Positions 62,840 through 64,000 of a stretch of 64,000 bases of DNA are shown here, piece after piece. How positions within the stretch are numbered: the stretch's first letter is position 1; each line of letters begins with the position of its first letter. Below the pieces are notes generated by a model. It saw nothing but the letters and a program-made list of their open reading frames with translations, did not search any database and was not told where the DNA came from. The stretch lies in sequence record PZ445451.1. The stretch is one strand, 5' to 3'. The position numbers and the translations under genes are program-made. The DNA comes from a phage.

Positions 62840-63250
62840 TTAGAATTCAGAATCATCATCTCGTGATGGATCATGTTCATTTCCGAAGTCTTCCATTTTG
62901 ATATGAGAGCTACCCCAACCTGTAAAATCTTCTTCTCCAAAGTGCAAAATATCTACACCTTGATAGATTCGCTTATATTTATAGTCTTGTCGAACTGGGA
63001 AAGTATACAATGTAGTATTTGCAAACACCACACGTCGATTGTTGTTACTACGAATATTAACACCACGTTCTACTGTATAATGTCCATCGGTAGACATACC
63101 AAGCATTACTAATGCTGCTCGCAATGTAGTGTTATGATACTCGTGAGGAATTTTTCCTCCGTGTTTTTTAGCCATTTCTTTCCAGATCGGTGTAGCCTTA
63201 ATGGTAGACATACTTACGGTCGCCCAAACGGTTGTATTAATTAGTGACAT
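62840..63250 (-). CDS. Hypothetical protein (136 aa)
   Basis: Track ORF. Confidence 0.5.
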   Translation of the reverse strand: MSLINTTVWATVSMSTIKATPIWKEMAKKHGGKIPHEYHNTTLRAALVMLGMSTDGHYTVERGVNIRSNNNRRVVFANTTLYTFPVRQDYKYKRIYQGVDILHFGEEDFTGWGSSHIKMEDFGNEHDPSRDDDSEF

Positions 63251-63348
63251 AAATTCTCCTTCTCTCTTTTTAAGGAGAGCTACGCTCTCCTAACGTTAGC
63301 CTATACTACACGAATCTCAATTAAAAGTCAACTATAATTTTAAGTTGA

Positions 63349-64000
63349 TCACCATTTTGTATGGTTAGTCAAAAGTTGACGATGTTGAATCCAACCACAG
63401 AAGTTTCCACTCCACAAACGATGTTTACGATCCATATGTGTAATACCTTCTTCCCAAGAGGTAGGGAACGGAGGAATATTAATACCACCTTTCTGTTGTT
63501 TTAATCCTGACAAATCCATTTCTTTCATTGGCGTTGCCTGGTGTTCAAACGGAGATGCATGTACCTTTTGTCCAGACAGCAAACGAGAATAGATATCCAA
63601 TGCTTTATCTTTGGTATCATTCAATTTACGATAACTTACCTGAGCGCAACAAGAAGCTGAAATAGCTTTTGCTTCCTCTTCTGTCAACATTTTCTCGTTG
63701 GAGAAGGTTTCACCCAAGAAATAACGGATCATACCAGTTTCTGGATCTCGATCACGATTAACGTAAGGTGTATGCCATTCCCCTGGGAAAAGAAGATATG
63801 GTTCAGAAGATTCATACAGTTTTTTAATTTCTTTAGCAAGAGCCTCAATAGTAGGATCTGCATCAGCATCTACGCGCAACCACAAGAAGTTTTCTAGCTC
63901 TGTAGTGGTTACTACAGTCTTCATACGCTGGAATGGTTCTAGTAGGCGGTTTGCAACCTGTTTATGATAACCAGCAAGGGCAAACTCTTCTGCAAAACGT
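63349..64000 (-). CDS. Putative flavin-dependent thymidylate synthase (ThyX-like), 5' end beyond window
   Basis: Track ORF stays open in-frame to the window edge (..RFAEEFALAGYHKQVANRLLEPFQRMKTVVTTTELENFLWLR..). Segments resemble ThyX motifs (ANRLLEP..TVVTT..NFLWLR; HASPFEH; RKHRLWS) but order and spacing are atypical; no ThyA motifs. Confidence 0.4.
   Translation of the reverse strand, partial: RFAEEFALAGYHKQVANRLLEPFQRMKTVVTTTELENFLWLRVDADADPTIEALAKEIKKLYESSEPYLLFPGEWHTPYVNRDRDPETGMIRYFLGETFSNEKMLTEEEAKAISASCCAQVSYRKLNDTKDKALDIYSRLLSGQKVHASPFEHQATPMKEMDLSGLKQQKGGINIPPFPTSWEEGITHMDRKHRLWSGNFCGWIQHRQLLTNHTKW

Noticed and set aside
1-64000. tRNA or rRNA genes
   Set aside because: I scanned intergenic regions for the GGTTCGAATCC-type T-arm and cloverleaf-sized GC-rich segments and found none; the non-coding regions are AT-rich repeats rather than tRNA-like. 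A tRNAscan-SE run would be decisive
63349-64000. ThyA-type thymidylate synthase (T4 td)
   Set aside because: No ThyA motifs (PCH, DLGPVYG-type blocks); the sequence fits ThyX-like segments better

Overview
This 64-kb window is from a virulent tailed-phage (Caudoviricetes) genome of a Gram-negative, probably enterobacterial host; the genome is AT-rich and densely packed, with E. coli-type sigma70 promoters and Shine-Dalgarno sites. Layout: (1) 1-13.15 kb, minus-strand block: anaerobic RNR NrdD (partial), YqeY-like protein, an SF1 UvrD-like helicase interrupted by an intein, and about 20 small hypothetical genes. (2) 13.2-17.9 kb, plus-strand block: DUF2829/Tad2-like protein, AAA+ ATPase, zinc-ribbon-repeat protein with GIY-YIG-like C-terminus, NADAR (YbiA-like) protein. 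(3) 17.9-19.3 kb: non-coding island with direct repeats, a Fur-box-like palindrome array and a GC-rich segment. (4) 19.3-28.9 kb: array of about 25 tiny plus-strand genes, most with their own sigma70-type promoter followed by a conserved 5' leader stem-loop. (5) 28.9-30.7 kb: AT-rich non-coding region with more Fur-box-like palindromes and nested inverted repeats. (6) 30.7-41.9 kb: plus-strand small genes containing internal paralogous pairs. (7) 42.0-64 kb, minus-strand block: zinc-less Sir2-like protein, C5-cytosine methyltransferase, DprA/SLOG-like protein, Ser/Thr phosphatase, small serine recombinase, amino-methyltransferase, HslV-like peptidase, PhoH, T4-type lysozyme, NrdC-like redoxin, a complete dTDP-L-rhamnose operon (rmlB-A-C-D), NrdB, NrdA and a partial ThyX-like gene. 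No tRNA, rRNA or CRISPR array was found. Track-derived CDS coordinates include the stop codon; several starts were moved to the first Met with a Shine-Dalgarno site. Small ORFs and regulatory elements called by eye may be off by a few nucleotides, because in at least one place (around 5580) my reading of the printed sequence disagreed by one base with the ORF track, which I treated as authoritative. All functional calls rest on motif recognition from memory; no database search was run.
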